NCBI GenBank assembly: GCA_964016885.1
Contig: OZ024753.1
Location: 18,910,001-18,974,000 of the forward strand
Length of the DNA stretch: 64,000 nt
From: Eledone cirrhosa
Taxonomy: Eukaryota
Reading direction: 5' to 3'
The translations under genes and the position numbers were made by a program. Below are positions 42,056-55,108 of this stretch, in pieces. Within the stretch, counting starts at the first letter, position 1, and each line of letters opens with the position of its first letter. Under the pieces are notes generated by a model. That model saw only the letters and a list, made by a program, of their open reading frames with translations, searched no databases and was not told the origin of the DNA.

Positions 42056-43497
42056 TAATTGTTTCTACTTTGGGAACAAGGCCAGCAATATCGCAGTGTA
42101 TTACTGGTACTTTATTTTATCGACCCCGTAACTATAATGACTACGATGTTGATACATCATATTTGAAGCTGAAATGTAACGGGTTCGTTGATATGTAGAA
42201 TAAGATATATTATTATTTAGGTCGGTGGATTGGCAGGATCGGAAGAGCGTCGGATATTATGCTTCGTTGCAAGGAACTACAGTACTTTACATTCTAAGTT
42301 CAAATCCCGCCGGGGTTAGCAATGCGTTTGATCCGTACAGATTGGATACATTAAGGGACCAGTAACGCACTGGAGTCGATTTAATCGACTTTACCCGACT
42401 TAAAATTGCTGGCCCTGTGCTTAAATCAGGAACCATTATATTTTGAATCATTAGCAGAATAAGAGGTTTATCCCTAAAGTAAGGGCGGTGATAATTTATT
42501 TATATGTATATTATAATGTATGTTATAAATATTACTTTATGGAAACTGGGAGGAAGTATTGTTAAAGAAACACGCAATAAACGCCAACATGTGTCAGGTT
42601 TGAGTATCATTTGTAACTCTCCAATATTAATCATTATTTTTACGACTTTTGTAGTCGTATGGTTGCTGTACGTGGTTTTATGTGTGTACTCTATCATAAA
42701 ACAGCACTGTTTACAACATATAGTTACGTCCCCTTACGTTCTGACTTTAGCTTTGCTTATCATCATTAGACAGTCGATAAAATAAAGAACCAGTAATGCA
42801 TTGGTTTTGAATTTTATCGATTTTCACCTCTACCTAAATTGTTGGGCTTGTTCCTAAATCAAAATCCATTGTAAAAAATGCGTTAGATTTGCAGTATTGG
42901 TAGAGATTTAGACCGCATTCTTTGTGGCATATAGTTATGGCCCCTTACGTTCTAAGTTTAAATCACGTCGCCGAGGTTAACTTTGCCTTTCATCCTTACG
43001 GGGTCGATAAAATAAAGTACCAGTAATGCACTGAATTCGATTTATTCGGCATTCCTTTCAACCAAAATTGTTGGCCTTGTGCCCAAATCCGAAATTATTA
43101 TTAAACCTCACTGAATTCAAATCCCGCCAAGGTTAACTTTGCTTTTCATCCTTACGGGGTCGATAAAATAAAGTACCAGTAACGTACGGGGTAATTGCTG
43201 GCTTTGTGCCAACAGTAGAAACAAGTATTAAACCTCACTCTATTATCTTTTCTAACAGGGAGGGACATATTAAATGTTTGAATATCGATGTTGAAAACTG
43301 ACTACATTTGATAACTCCGTCTGAAGGAAACATGTTACAATTTGACATTTCTCTTTACATTTACGTCCCTTTATGATCTGTGTTCAAAATCTCGCCGAGG
43401 TTAACTTTGCCTTTCATCCTTACGGCGTCGATAAAAAAAAGTACCAGTAATGTACTGGATATTTGCTGGCCTTGTGCCAAAAGTAGAAACAATTATT
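42056..43497. mobile_element. Cluster of six Meta-like SINE copies (one minus, five plus)
   Basis: Copies at about 42056-42131 (-), 42225-42440, 42720-42870, 42888-43102, 43111-43229 and 43360-43497. Confidence 0.85.
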
Positions 43498-44440
43498 TCT
43501 GTTTACATTACACAGCTCTGTGGTTCCGATCAGAAATACAAATTGTTGGCACAATATTTTAGTAATTCATGCACCGCGAATGAAAACGATACAGACACAA
43601 TAAATAGAAGGTTCTAAGTTTGATAAGTTTGTATTAAAGACAACTAAAAGCTTTCTTCCCAGAGAAAGACAGAGGAGATGAAAACGGTGGGCTTATTAGG
43701 AATAACATATATAAATAGGTGAATAAAAAGATGATAAGTTTTATAGGCTTGTATGACTGTAATAACTAAAATCTTACATTCTTTCGATGTCGCTGGATCA
43801 GATGTAAATATCTCTAAGAAAGTTTGGGTAAAGAAATCACCTGAATATGAAGCACAATCTTGGAAATAAGATCTGAATATGTAATATGAATATTAAAATA
43901 TATATTCTGTCGATACTGAAAAGATGTAAGTAAAGCAAGACATGAAGAAGAAAATATACAAACAATCTTTTATATATTTTTTTTATATTCTCAAAACAAT
44001 GTTTCCGCAAATATATAATCCATCTTTCTCATCTGCTAACTACATTGATTGATCAACATCAATACCGGAGGATGTTATTCATCAGAAGAATGGTTTGACC
44101 CCTTGAATGTCTTCCCTCATCGGCAAGCAATTATAAGACTTTTCATCAGAAATCCTCAGGCATAATTATTTGATTGCCGAAGCATGTAACACATTACAAT
44201 CACTCAATTTCATCGACCAACACGTTTAACTATTAGTATATTTTATTAATACCAGAAAAAGTAATGACAAATCTGACCTCGCCGTCATTGGAACTTAAAA
44301 CCTAAATCAAAACAATAAAATACCGTATAATATGTCGTTTAAAGTATTTGTTCTATCACTGAGAATTATTTAATGTTTTTAGTGTAATGTGTCCCACATA
44401 TAATAGTACAACACAACATCGCTACCCTGAGGACATAGAT

Positions 44441-44690
44441 GTCTTCTTCTTCTTCTCCCACTTATTTATAAGAGGGTTGTAGGGGCAAGAGTCCTCAAAC
44501 TTCCCTTCCAGCGGGTCCTGTCAGAAGCAACCATCTCCAGCTGATCTGGCTAGATCCCCAAGCGTGTCTAGCCAAGCTCATGATATTATCAAGAACGCGT
44601 CTGCAGTTCTCCTCTCTCAAGAGAGGTTTATTCTCCTTAGTTGGAGAGAATACTAAACCTGGCCACAACAGCAAATATCCAGGACAAATA
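44441..44690 (-). mobile_element. Degenerate RTE 3' fragment
   Basis: Minus strand reads QLEMVASDRTRWKGSL followed by a (GAA)n tail. Confidence 0.55.
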
Positions 44691-45425
44691 CCAAATAATG
44701 CTTTGATCTACGCTGTAACGAGTCTGCCAATTCGCTACGTAAGAATCCCATTGTTGTCTATTTCTCCATTTATCATTTCGGTGTGGATAAAAGCAAGTAA
44801 TAGTCGAGAGTGGTGGGAAATTAGACGGGATATCAATATCTCCTGATACTTTGTATTCTAAGTTTTTGAGAGTTCATCTGTCACCATATGTAGCACCACC
44901 AGCCACTGAGCCTTGGAAGAACTCAGATATGGGCCTTGTCGTGATAACACCTTCTTCCTTCCTTTTCCAATAATCTCGGAGTGGGGGGGGGGGGGGGGTT
45001 CTTGTTTTGTATCTCATTTTCTTTTTTTTCGTTTGTCATCTCCGTTTGAAAATTCTTCCTTGATTTAACGATAAAAGCAATTACTGCACGCAATCTGATT
45101 TTGCGTGTTGCAATAAAAAGAAAAGATTCATACATTTCGAATGATAGAATACAAGCCGTCACTCTCTGAACTTCTATTTTAAAAAACCCGCCAGCTATAA
45201 CTGCCACAAAAACGTTAACTGTGAATCATGAGCTGTATAATTATTAAAAGAAAAGAAACTACACTCCGCAAACAAATGAGTGCCTACATAATTTATTTTC
45301 AGAATATTTACTTTTTATTTTCATTGTTTTTATTGTAAAGTAATCCGTTCTTCGTTACCTTATTTTCCTTGTTTCTTTTGTTTTTGCTTCGGTCTTTGAT
45401 GTTTGCTTCGTATATTGTTGGTATA

Positions 45426-45458
<33 letters not shown>

Positions 45459-45462
<4 letters not shown>

Positions 45463-45658
45463 TTAATATAGATGAGATTCTACAGGACTAGAACTGTTTC
45501 ATTCTTTAGAAATCATCAGGAATCTCTGATGATTTCTAAAGAATGAAACAGTTCTAGTCCTGTAGAATCTCATCTATATTAAAACTTTAATACTCTGCTA
45601 TGTATTGAGTACCTTACTTACTGTGGTTACCTCCGATTCAACCCGGAATAACGTACCT
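45459..45658 (+). mobile_element. Palindromic hammerhead-bearing fold-back repeat
   Basis: 45459-45519 is the exact reverse complement of 45526-45586. TA flanks. Confidence 0.88.
45474..45526 (-). ncRNA. Type I hammerhead ribozyme, intact, with conventional stem III
   Basis: Minus: GAGATTC-CTGATGA-T-TTC-TAAA-GAA-T-GAAA-CAG-TTCTAGTC-CTG-TA|GAATCTC. Confidence 0.88.
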
Positions 45659-45703
45659 ATATATATATATATATATATATTTGATGGTTGTTTGGTATTG
45701 GTG

Positions 45704-45741
<38 letters not shown>

Positions 45742-45815
45742 TAAAATAACAGATTAAAGTTTAAGCAAAGAATCGCTGCTTTCACCCTTCGTCTTCACAT
45801 TTATTATTATTACTA

Positions 45816-45897
<82 letters not shown>

Positions 45898-47223
45898 TGA
45901 TAAATAGTAATACTATATTCTAGCTCGAGATTTTGAAGTCAATCCCCGGATGATTTAATTCAAATCTACTGATGTTGGTCATGTGACACGATGTAATAAC
46001 TCCAAGAAAATAAGACATTGTATTATATTTACACTTGATACTATTAGCGAATAACTAAAACTACTTTTCAACTATGTAATCAAAATAAATGTCTTCACTG
46101 CCATGTATATTGAAAGTGAGAGAGGGGGAGAGATAGAGGAAGGGTGGGAAGGGAGAGAGGGAGAGGGGTATTGATAAATGAACGGTTAGTTGAAGCGAGA
46201 ACACGATAGGCAGACAAATTGATTGGTTCTAAGATACACACACACATACACACACACACAAACACACACACACATATATGTGTGTTTGTCTGTGTATATA
46301 TACACGCGTGTGTTTGTGTATACATATATGTATGTATGTATTTAATTATGTATGTATGTATGTATGCATGTTTTTAGTCCTGTCTCTCTGCACTTGTCAC
46401 ATGGTACCATGGGCCCAGCACTATGTGTCAATAATTGTCACAAGTATAGTGTTTGTACCAGAGTTTTCAAGTCGCTGGCTGGACTAAGAAGTCACACTCG
46501 TTCAGCGCATCGGTAGGGGTTCTCCTACATGGATATAAATTAGTGGCCGTACTCGAAAACGAGTTGGCAGCCACCATATATGCATGTCTGTATGTATATA
46601 TATAAATATAAATATATACATATATATATATGGAAATTATATATATGGAAATTAGAGAAAGAATAAAACCTAGAAAAATAAGGCCTGTTAAAACACCTAT
46701 TTGTAGGTACGTGAAAATGTAGAGAAATATATTTCGTGAGTTAAATGTGTGTGAGAAACACAAAATGAAAATATTAACAGGACTAGACAATCAGATGATT
46801 TCTACTGAAATTGGATGTTACTGGCTTAAATTAACATATTTCACCGTAGATTCAATTTCTTCGGAGAATGCGTTAATATTTTTACCAAATGTAATATATC
46901 TTTTTAGAAAATGACAGTATATATTTATCATTAACTGTCACTTTATTTCGAAGTTCGGTTTAGATTATTGAGACTCTATATCACCTAAATATGATTAGAG
47001 TTTCAGATAATATCTCTCTTCCCTCCTCTCTCTCTCTCTCTCTGAATATTGCGTATGATAATATATCTAGGAATGATAGTTTACATTTACAAAATTGTTA
47101 TATAATTTGACGGCATTCGATTACATTTTTTTTTTTTTAACTTATGTTTTGTTAAATGTCATTTTAGAAACTATATTTTGTATTGATAGTTGGTAAGCTG
47201 GCAGTGGATATGAGCTACTTCTA

Positions 47224-47499
47224 TCTATATAATACTAAACGTCTTTGATTGCTTGCTTGCTTGCTTGTCTGTAATGTAATACAGGCAAAAGGGTGCATAA
47301 TGGAAAAAATACTTTGAAAGGAAGTTGCCCCTGAAATGGGAATACAAATGAAATAAAACAAGTTTCGCTTAAATCGGACCACGGGTTCCCGAGGTCTGGG
47401 TTTTTTTTTCCGGGTACCTTCATAAACAAAGAGAGAGAAAGACAGAGAAAGAGAGGAGATGAGACAGAGAAGGAGAATGGTAGAGACCTGGTGTTGTTG

Positions 47500-47530
<31 letters not shown>

Positions 47531-47550
47531 GTGTGTGTGTATATATATGT

Positions 47551-47632
<82 letters not shown>

Positions 47633-47870
47633 GTGTGTGTGTATGACAAAGTGTATATACATCACGAACACCCATATATATATACATATACACATACACA
47701 CGTACATATATGTATATACTTACACGTATATATATGGTCCTTCCAGTTTCATTTCACATTATATACATGTCTGTGTATGTTTTAAATATTTAAAAATTAT
47801 TTTTAAGTGAACATGATTTTAAAAAAATATTTTGAAGTGAGCTTGACCCAACAGGTCACGGGCGGTCTGG
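47224..47870 (+). mobile_element. Non-autonomous Helitron, same family as 17364-18022
   Basis: A|TCTATATAATACTAAAC start, (GCTT)n, 3' hairpin TGACC-CAACA-GGTCA, then CTGG|T. Confidence 0.75.
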
Positions 47871-49662
47871 TACCCAATAAAAATCCGATCCAATTCGGGA
47901 ACTTCTCTCGTCTACTAAATGAACCTTTTCCTGTGTGACTTCCATGGTTTTCTGTTTGGTTTTTGTCATGTCAGGTGTATAGCTGATCTTACCTCGCTTA
48001 ACCACTGGCGTGTTTGTGAGGCAGTTTAACTCATAGTTGGAGTAGACGGCCATTGATTCTCAAAAGTTTATTCCGGCGTTTTTACAGCTCTTTTTTGTGT
48101 GTCTGTGTGTGTGTGTGCTGTTGGGATTGCACGTACACCCCTCCCGTAACAAGGGTCTACTGAGGGAACTGGTTTAATCATCGAGCACTATTATATGGAG
48201 AGTGTACGGAAGCCTGACCTGACAATAAACATGACAGTTGCTATTTCAGACACCTTTAAGCAGGTAACGTAAAGCTATTGACAGAACCTAATGAATGCCA
48301 TGCTGGGGCCATTTCACTCTAAATATGTATCCTTTTAAAATATAATAAGCCAAACATATCGCATAATTGATATTTGATTCTTTAGACTTGGTCTAACGAA
48401 TGATAAGCTAGTGTCCATATTTTACAACTAATTTTATTCAAGTGTTGTAGATAAATTTAGTGTAACCGACAGTCATTTATGAGATGGTAAGAGGCTGGCA
48501 AATGATACTGTAGAGATAATAATTAGATTAACTGGATAATAGACAGATATTATATGGCAATAACTTATAATAAATAGATAACTAGGTGACCGAGAGAATC
48601 TTATGAGCTGAGGGTATTAGAATATACATTTTCGAAGAGTGTGTGTATGTACTGACATTTGAAAAAAAGGTCGATATCTCGAATATGATACAGCTTTTAG
48701 ATATAAAGTAAAGTGAGGTATAGAGATTTAAAGAAGTTGGCTTTGAACCTAGTACATTTATACAACGGATATGTTGGCAAATATCACCTATTGATATGGT
48801 TTAGTCCCATAACTCCTGATGGTGTTATAGGAATGCCATATTGGTGTACAGTGTTTTGAGAATATTCTAAGGCTGGTGGAGCCCATCTCTCACCAGGTCT
48901 AAACAGAGCAGATGAAATCCAGAGAAGGGTAGAAAGTGAGAGAGAAAGAGAGTGAGAAGGAGATATAAAGGAAGAATCGACCCCAGTACTTGACTGGTAC
49001 ATTTTTATCGGCCTCAAAACGAAGAAAAGTGGTGGTGACGGTATAGTTGTGGTAGTGGTGGCGGTGTTGGTAATTGTGGTGATGGTTGTGATGGTGATGG
49101 TGGGGGTGGTTATTGTGATGGGTGTGGTAATGGTGGTGAAAGAACGTGATCCTGGTAGAAATAAAGTTCCCATTAATGTATCTCCTCTGCAGTATTGTTC
49201 AGCTACTGAGACCAGCAATGTATCATGGCTCAACAACTCCCTTCGGCTTCTCACAAAATTGACAGATTATTAAAGAGTTAATGAAGAATCCATTAACATT
49301 AATTAAACATACCCGACAATTAAGATGGAAAACGATCAGTGGTTCGACCTTACCTCATTATATTTTCGCTTATTTTGATTCCCCAGCCATAGACTTTAGA
49401 ATATCATCGATAATCGATGTTTACACCAAACGATATGTTACGTGTGGTGTTCAACATTCTGTAGCGAAGTCACAGTACCGATGAAGTTGTTTATGGTAAT
49501 CTGCCACGAGTTTCATCGAAAAGTTAGCTCCTGTCACTTGGTTCATGCTGGTCACGTTTCTCGCTATGAAGGACCTGCAGAAAAACTGAGGCCCTGGTCA
49601 CTAGGTGCAAAGTACAGAGTAGGACGTCGTAACATAAGCAGCAGGACTCCATTGGTGAGGGA

Positions 49663-50112
49663 TACTGACCTCACTGGATGGGATCTTATTATTGTGATCA
49701 GAGATTGTACTGACCTCACTCGATAGGATATTATTATTGTAATCAGAGATTGTACTGACCTCACTGGACGGGATCTTATTATTGTGATCAGAGATTGTTA
49801 CGACCCTACTGGATGGGATCTTATTATTGTGATCAGAGATTGTACTGACCTCACTAGATGGGATCTTATTTTTGTGATCAGAGATTATACTGACCTCACT
49901 GGATGGGATATTATTATTGTGATCAGAGGTTGTACTGACCTAACTGGATGGGATCTTATTATCGTGATGAGAGATTGTACTGACCTCACTGGATGGGATC
50001 TTATTATCGTGATCAGAGGTTGTACTGACCTCACTGGATGGGATCTTATTTTTGTGATCAGAGGTCGTACTGACCTCACTGGATGGGATCATATTTCTGT
50101 GATGAGAGATTG
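49663..50112. repeat. 45 bp minisatellite, about 10 units
   Basis: Unit TACTGACCTCACTGGATGGGATCTTATTATTGTGATCAGAGATTG. Confidence 0.95.
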
Positions 50113-50660
50113 GGAAATTTGGAACTTTGTGTATGTTTCATCTTCGATGTAGGGATAACTCATGGAAGAAAAAAGAAAATATAAAACATAGGACCACTGT
50201 ACAGAAGGAAATTACGACGGTTAGATTCCTGAACAAGATGCTCCGTTGTGTTCTTGGGCAAAACACCAGGAGATCCCCGCTAAAAATATATGGCTTTTTA
50301 TGAACAATCTTGGATATACATACTCGAATATTTTGTTAAGTTGAATGTTAATAGATTTATCACTAATATATGTATATTTGTAAGCCATGAGTCTCTCTCT
50401 CTCTCTCTCTCTCTCTCTAATGCGTAGAAATGTCCATGATCTCCAACAGACAGCTGATGAAAGGGAAATTATCCCCCATTCGTGCTTTCCTCTTACTTAT
50501 AAATTCACTTTATCCACCAACTACACAGTTTCTTAGCCGTCGAAACGGCTTGAGCTCAGCCGTCGGGGTCCTACTCGTTCCTATTACCCACTCTACTACC
50601 CTAAGTATTGAGTACTTTGGTGCGTTATGGTCCACCTGGTTCCTTACCACATTTCCTCCG

Positions 50661-50710
<50 letters not shown>

Positions 50711-50727
50711 TTGTGTGTGTGTGTATA

Positions 50728-50928
50728 AGAGTCCCGGATTCAATTGGGGTTGACCAAAGTAAGGAAGGTACTCAATACAATAGTAGAGAGTAAACAACAA
50801 ATTTAATTTAGAAATGGCCTCTACAGGATACAAGGCTAGAACTGTTTCATACGAAGGAATTCATATGGTGTTCCTCGTCATTTCCATCGAATGAAACAGT
50901 TCTAATCCCTGTAGAGGACATTTCTCTG

Positions 50929-50930
<2 letters not shown>
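50728..50930 (-). mobile_element. Degenerate copy of the hammerhead fold-back family
   Basis: Retains CTACAGG..CTAGAACTGTTTCAT and the inverted ATGAAACAGTTCTAATCCCTGTAG. Confidence 0.7.
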
Positions 50931-50970
<40 letters not shown>

Positions 50971-51124
50971 ATAATAATAAATTTGAAGACTAAAATCCAA
51001 AGTGGGCTCGATAAGGATAAATATATATCAGATATATAAGAACGGTAGAGCAAATATTTATTAAAATAACAGATTAAAGTTTAAGCAAAGAACTTAAACT
51101 TTAATCTGTTATTTTAATAAATAA

Positions 51125-51172
<48 letters not shown>

Positions 51173-51204
51173 AGATCAAAAGATGGTTAAAGGAGTTCCA
51201 TGTA

Positions 51205-51271
51205 TTTTATTATGCGCATTTCAAAAACAAACATCATCATGCAATAATATTTGTGTTTTCATCAGATAAAA
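51205..51271 (-). ncRNA. Type I hammerhead ribozyme, intact, long stem II
   Basis: Minus: TTTTAT-CTGATGA-AAACACAAATATTATT-GCAT-GATGATGTTTGTTTTT-GAAA-TGCGCA-TA|ATAAAA, with palindromic ATGCGCAT stem III. Confidence 0.85.
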
Positions 51272-51330
51272 CAGGAGAACATGATATGAAGGCTAAAAAA
51301 CACTTGTGGATAGTGCAGTTTTAAATCAAC

Positions 51331-51397
<67 letters not shown>

Positions 51398-51921
51398 GTT
51401 TGAATATTTATGTTTGTTTAATAGCGTCAAGTCGAGTTTCTTTTTATTCGGTTTGTGGAATGGAATCAATTCCTTTGTTCACACTTTGAATTTGCACGTC
51501 AGAAACCCGGAGTTACTTCCCTTATTTTGAAAAAGCACGTGATAGTGAAACATTAACTGCTACCATTAGTAGTAGCCTACCGCTCCCCTTCACAACGGTT
51601 TGAGGCGGAGAACGGAAACCTGCTGTTAACGCGAGTCCCCGTTTTGGTCTTCAAATACAGCAAATTTGCATATTTCGCAAGTAGGATTGTTGATTTGAAT
51701 TCATAGAAACGTATCGGAGATGTTGCACAATACCCTTTGATAGAGTCCAGGTTTGTTATCTGACCTGAATGTATTTTCGTTGTTTTGGTGCATTATGTGG
51801 CTAGACCCACTTGCTGCAGTTTTCAATTTGTCACGCTATCTAACGTATGTTAATTACTGTAGGGTGATATACGCTATTGAGTGGTTTGCTGCACAAACCT
51901 AATTGATCTCGCTTGGCTGAT

Positions 51922-51988
<67 letters not shown>

Positions 51989-52640
51989 AATGAATAATAA
52001 CAGGTAGACATCATAAAAAGATAGTTTCTTCCGTGTGCTTACAAGTGTTTCCACGGTGGTACTGCAGCCTAGTTCCGCTACGTGCAAATTCACAAGTATT
52101 TGCAGAACTCGAATATCCAATGCTGTGACCACTGTTTCCTCAGAGCAGAATGGTAAATATACAATGTAAAAACCCTTAAGTGGGGTTGTTGGGGAAGATA
52201 GAGTGGAACAGGAAGAGAGAAAAGTAGGGAAGATGGAGAGAGAAGGAAAGATATGCAGGGGTTGGAGAAGTAGGAGAGAGTGGCTTGTAGATATCTTAAT
52301 CAAAATGTTATGGTAGGGGTTTTATTAGTTACTTTTGGAGAGATGCGTAGATAGTTGAGGTCGGAATTATTTATTGCCTCAGAGGTCAAGTTTATAGATG
52401 TTGAGAGGGAGGTAGGTCAAAGGTGAGAGAGAGAGAGTGTAATGGATGTAGAGAGAGATATATAGGTAGAGAGGGGACAGATAAAGTATATGTGGTGAGT
52501 GAACTTTTGGTTTTGTAGTAGTAATCTAGGAATTGTACTGAGTTACCATGTATAGTGATAAGCAGTGTATTGTCTTGTAGTGTGGGAGAGAAGAGAAGGT
52601 TGTTAGCTAGAAAGTGGTGTTGTAGTTACGGGTTCGAATG

Positions 52641-53100
52641 TTAAGTTATTTTATAGTGAGAGAATTTAGCTTTTAGTTTGTGGTTGCAGTATAATGATCG
52701 TTCAATTCTATCGTTAAGTAGTTTGTTTTTGGATTTTAGTATGTAAAATAGCTCAAGGTTACATAACCTGCAGTACTTCAAACCACTCCGATATGCATTT
52801 GCGCTGGAAAGTATATCCCATTTTAAGGTGAACTGTTGGTTGTGTTCACGGAGTTGCCAAGTCTTGTTGGCGAGCGTGGTCACAAAACGGTGATTCTGAT
52901 GTTTGATTGAGAATCGATGACGGTACCAGCGAGATTTAAACGATGTGGTGGTAGATCCGATATAATACCATTTCTGGTCGTCCGATTCAACCGTGCATTG
53001 GTAAACAATGTTGGACTTTAGGCATTCATTCTGCAATGGACATCTTTCAGGTAGATGGCAGTTACATGCTTTGTTGTGGGTAGCGGGTATACCATGGATA
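52641..53100 (-). pseudogene. Inverted duplicate of the GIY-YIG endonuclease segment
   Basis: Nearly identical translation to the C-terminus of 53227-54615. Confidence 0.9.
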
Positions 53101-53226
53101 TGTGGGTAGCGGGTATACCTAACGGAGGACGAAATTAATATTATTCTCGAGGCTAGAAAAACCATTATTAAGTTCGATAACTGCTACTGGGAACGTAAGG
53201 ACAGACCCACAAATTTCGATATTACC

Positions 53227-54615
53227 ATGGGTTCCAACGACTCGGCGGAGGTCACGGATCTCGTGGGAATTTACATAGCCCACATATTACATAGTAGATT
53301 TAGTAATCTACAGGGGGGGATATATAGAGATGACGGGCTCTTATTAGTTAATAACTTGAATAACCAAAATCTTGAAAGGCTACGGAAAAATATTAGAAAA
53401 TCTTTTAGTGAACTGGGCCTAAAAATAACATATGAATACAATCTTAAGGTAGTAAACTTTCTGGACGTAACTCTTAATTTAAATACCGGACAGATACGAC
53501 CCTTCCACAAGGTAAATGAGAACCTTACGTATATTGACTTTAACTCTAACCACCCACTCTCCATGATCAAATCAGTTCCCCGGAGTATTTCTCTTAGAAT
53601 CTCTCGCCTATCGTCTAACTCTGATATTTTTAGCGAACATGCTGAATACTACAATAATGCATTAAGGAATGCTGACCACCGGGATACAATAGAATACATC
53701 GATAGTAATTTCCACAACACACATAGCTCTACACGTAATCAAGGTATACGTAACCGGGGGACTAAAACACAAGCACACACACACAATACTACCAGACATA
53801 CTAATAATAGAAGTTCACCACCAAATAAATCACGTTGTAGAAAGTATATCTGGTATAATCCTATTTTTAATGCCTCGATTAGTACAAAACTATCTCTTTC
53901 ATTCTTTAAATTAATCAATAAACACTTCCCTAGTTCCCATAAGTACAGCAAAATTCTGAACTCCAAAACTATTAGACTATCATACTCCACGGCACCAAAC
54001 CTTGAAACATACATAAAAAAACTTAACTTAAGGCAATTAAACAACTCTACAAAACAAAACATTTTAGTAACAGATGGGCAGAACGCAATATCTGCCTCCC
54101 AACCACTAAATGGGAGACGGGTATTGCACAACCCACCTGTACCGCTATCACAACCTATCCATGGTATACCCGCTACCCACAACAAAGCATGTAACTGCCA
54201 TCTACCTGAAAGATGTCCATTGCAGAATGAATGCCTAAAGTCCAACATTGTTTACCAATGCACGGTTGAATTGGACGACCAGAAATGGTATTATATCGGA
54301 TCTACCACCACATCGTTTAAATCTCGCTGGTACCGTCATCGATTCTCAATCAAACATCAGAATCACCATTTTGTGACCACGCTCGCCAACAAGACCTGGC
54401 AACTCCGTGAACACAACCAACAGTTCACCTTAAAATGGGATATACTTTCCAGCGCAAATGCATATCGGAGTGGTTTGAAGTACTGCAGGTTATGTAACCT
54501 TGAGCTATTTTACATACTAAAATCCAAAAACAAACTACTTAACGATAGAATTGAACGATCATTATACTGCAACCACAAACTAAAAGCTAAATTCTCTCAC
54601 TATAAAATAACTTAA
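53227..54615 (+). CDS. PLE RT C-terminal half plus GIY-YIG endonuclease (open frame, 5'-truncated; frame extends upstream to ~53119)
   Basis: TMGSNDSAEVTDLVG, IYRDDGL, VNFLDVTLNL, SNHP, CNC..CPL..C, IVYQC..YYIGST, FKSRWYRH and CRLCNLE. Confidence 0.9.
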   Translation: MGSNDSAEVTDLVGIYIAHILHSRFSNLQGGIYRDDGLLLVNNLNNQNLERLRKNIRKSFSELGLKITYEYNLKVVNFLDVTLNLNTGQIRPFHKVNENLTYIDFNSNHPLSMIKSVPRSISLRISRLSSNSDIFSEHAEYYNNALRNADHRDTIEYIDSNFHNTHSSTRNQGIRNRGTKTQAHTHNTTRHTNNRSSPPNKSRCRKYIWYNPIFNASISTKLSLSFFKLINKHFPSSHKYSKILNSKTIRLSYSTAPNLETYIKKLNLRQLNNSTKQNILVTDGQNAISASQPLNGRRVLHNPPVPLSQPIHGIPATHNKACNCHLPERCPLQNECLKSNIVYQCTVELDDQKWYYIGSTTTSFKSRWYRHRFSIKHQNHHFVTTLANKTWQLREHNQQFTLKWDILSSANAYRSGLKYCRLCNLELFYILKSKNKLLNDRIERSLYCNHKLKAKFSHYKIT

Positions 54616-55108
54616 CATTCGAACCCGTAACTACAACACCACTTTCTAGCTAACAACCTTCTCTTCTCCCCCACACTACAAGACAATACACTGCTTATCA
54701 CTATACATGGTAACTCAGTACAATTCCTAGATTACTACTACAAAACCAAAAGTTCACTCACCACATATACTTTATCTGTCCCCTCTCTACCTATATATCT
54801 CTCTCTATATCCATTACACTCTCTCTCTCTCACCTTTGACCTACCTCCCTCTCAACATCTATGAACATGACCTCTGGGGCAATAAATAATTCCGACCTCA
54901 ACTATCTACGCATCTCTCCAAAAGTAACTAATAAAACCCCTACCATAACATTTTGATTAAGATATCTACAAGCCACTCTCTCCTACTTCTCCAACCCCTG
55001 CATATCTTTCCTTCTCTCTCCATCTTCCCTACTTTTCTCTCTTCCTGTTCCACTCTATCTTCCCCAACAACCCCACTTAAGGGTTTTTACATTGTATATT
55101 TACCATTC

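Noticed and set aside
39074-50112. 42 bp and 45 bp repeats as CRISPR-like arrays
   Set aside because: Units are contiguous with no unique spacers, there are no cas genes, and the context is eukaryotic.
50455-50480. Isolated CTGATGA (also 57660 +, 44078 - and 44143 -)
   Set aside because: No correctly placed GAAA and stem III/stem I partner was found.
51430-51900. LVVAYRSPS, resembling an AP endonuclease motif
   Set aside because: Only one short motif, and the surrounding frames are too degenerate to support a call.
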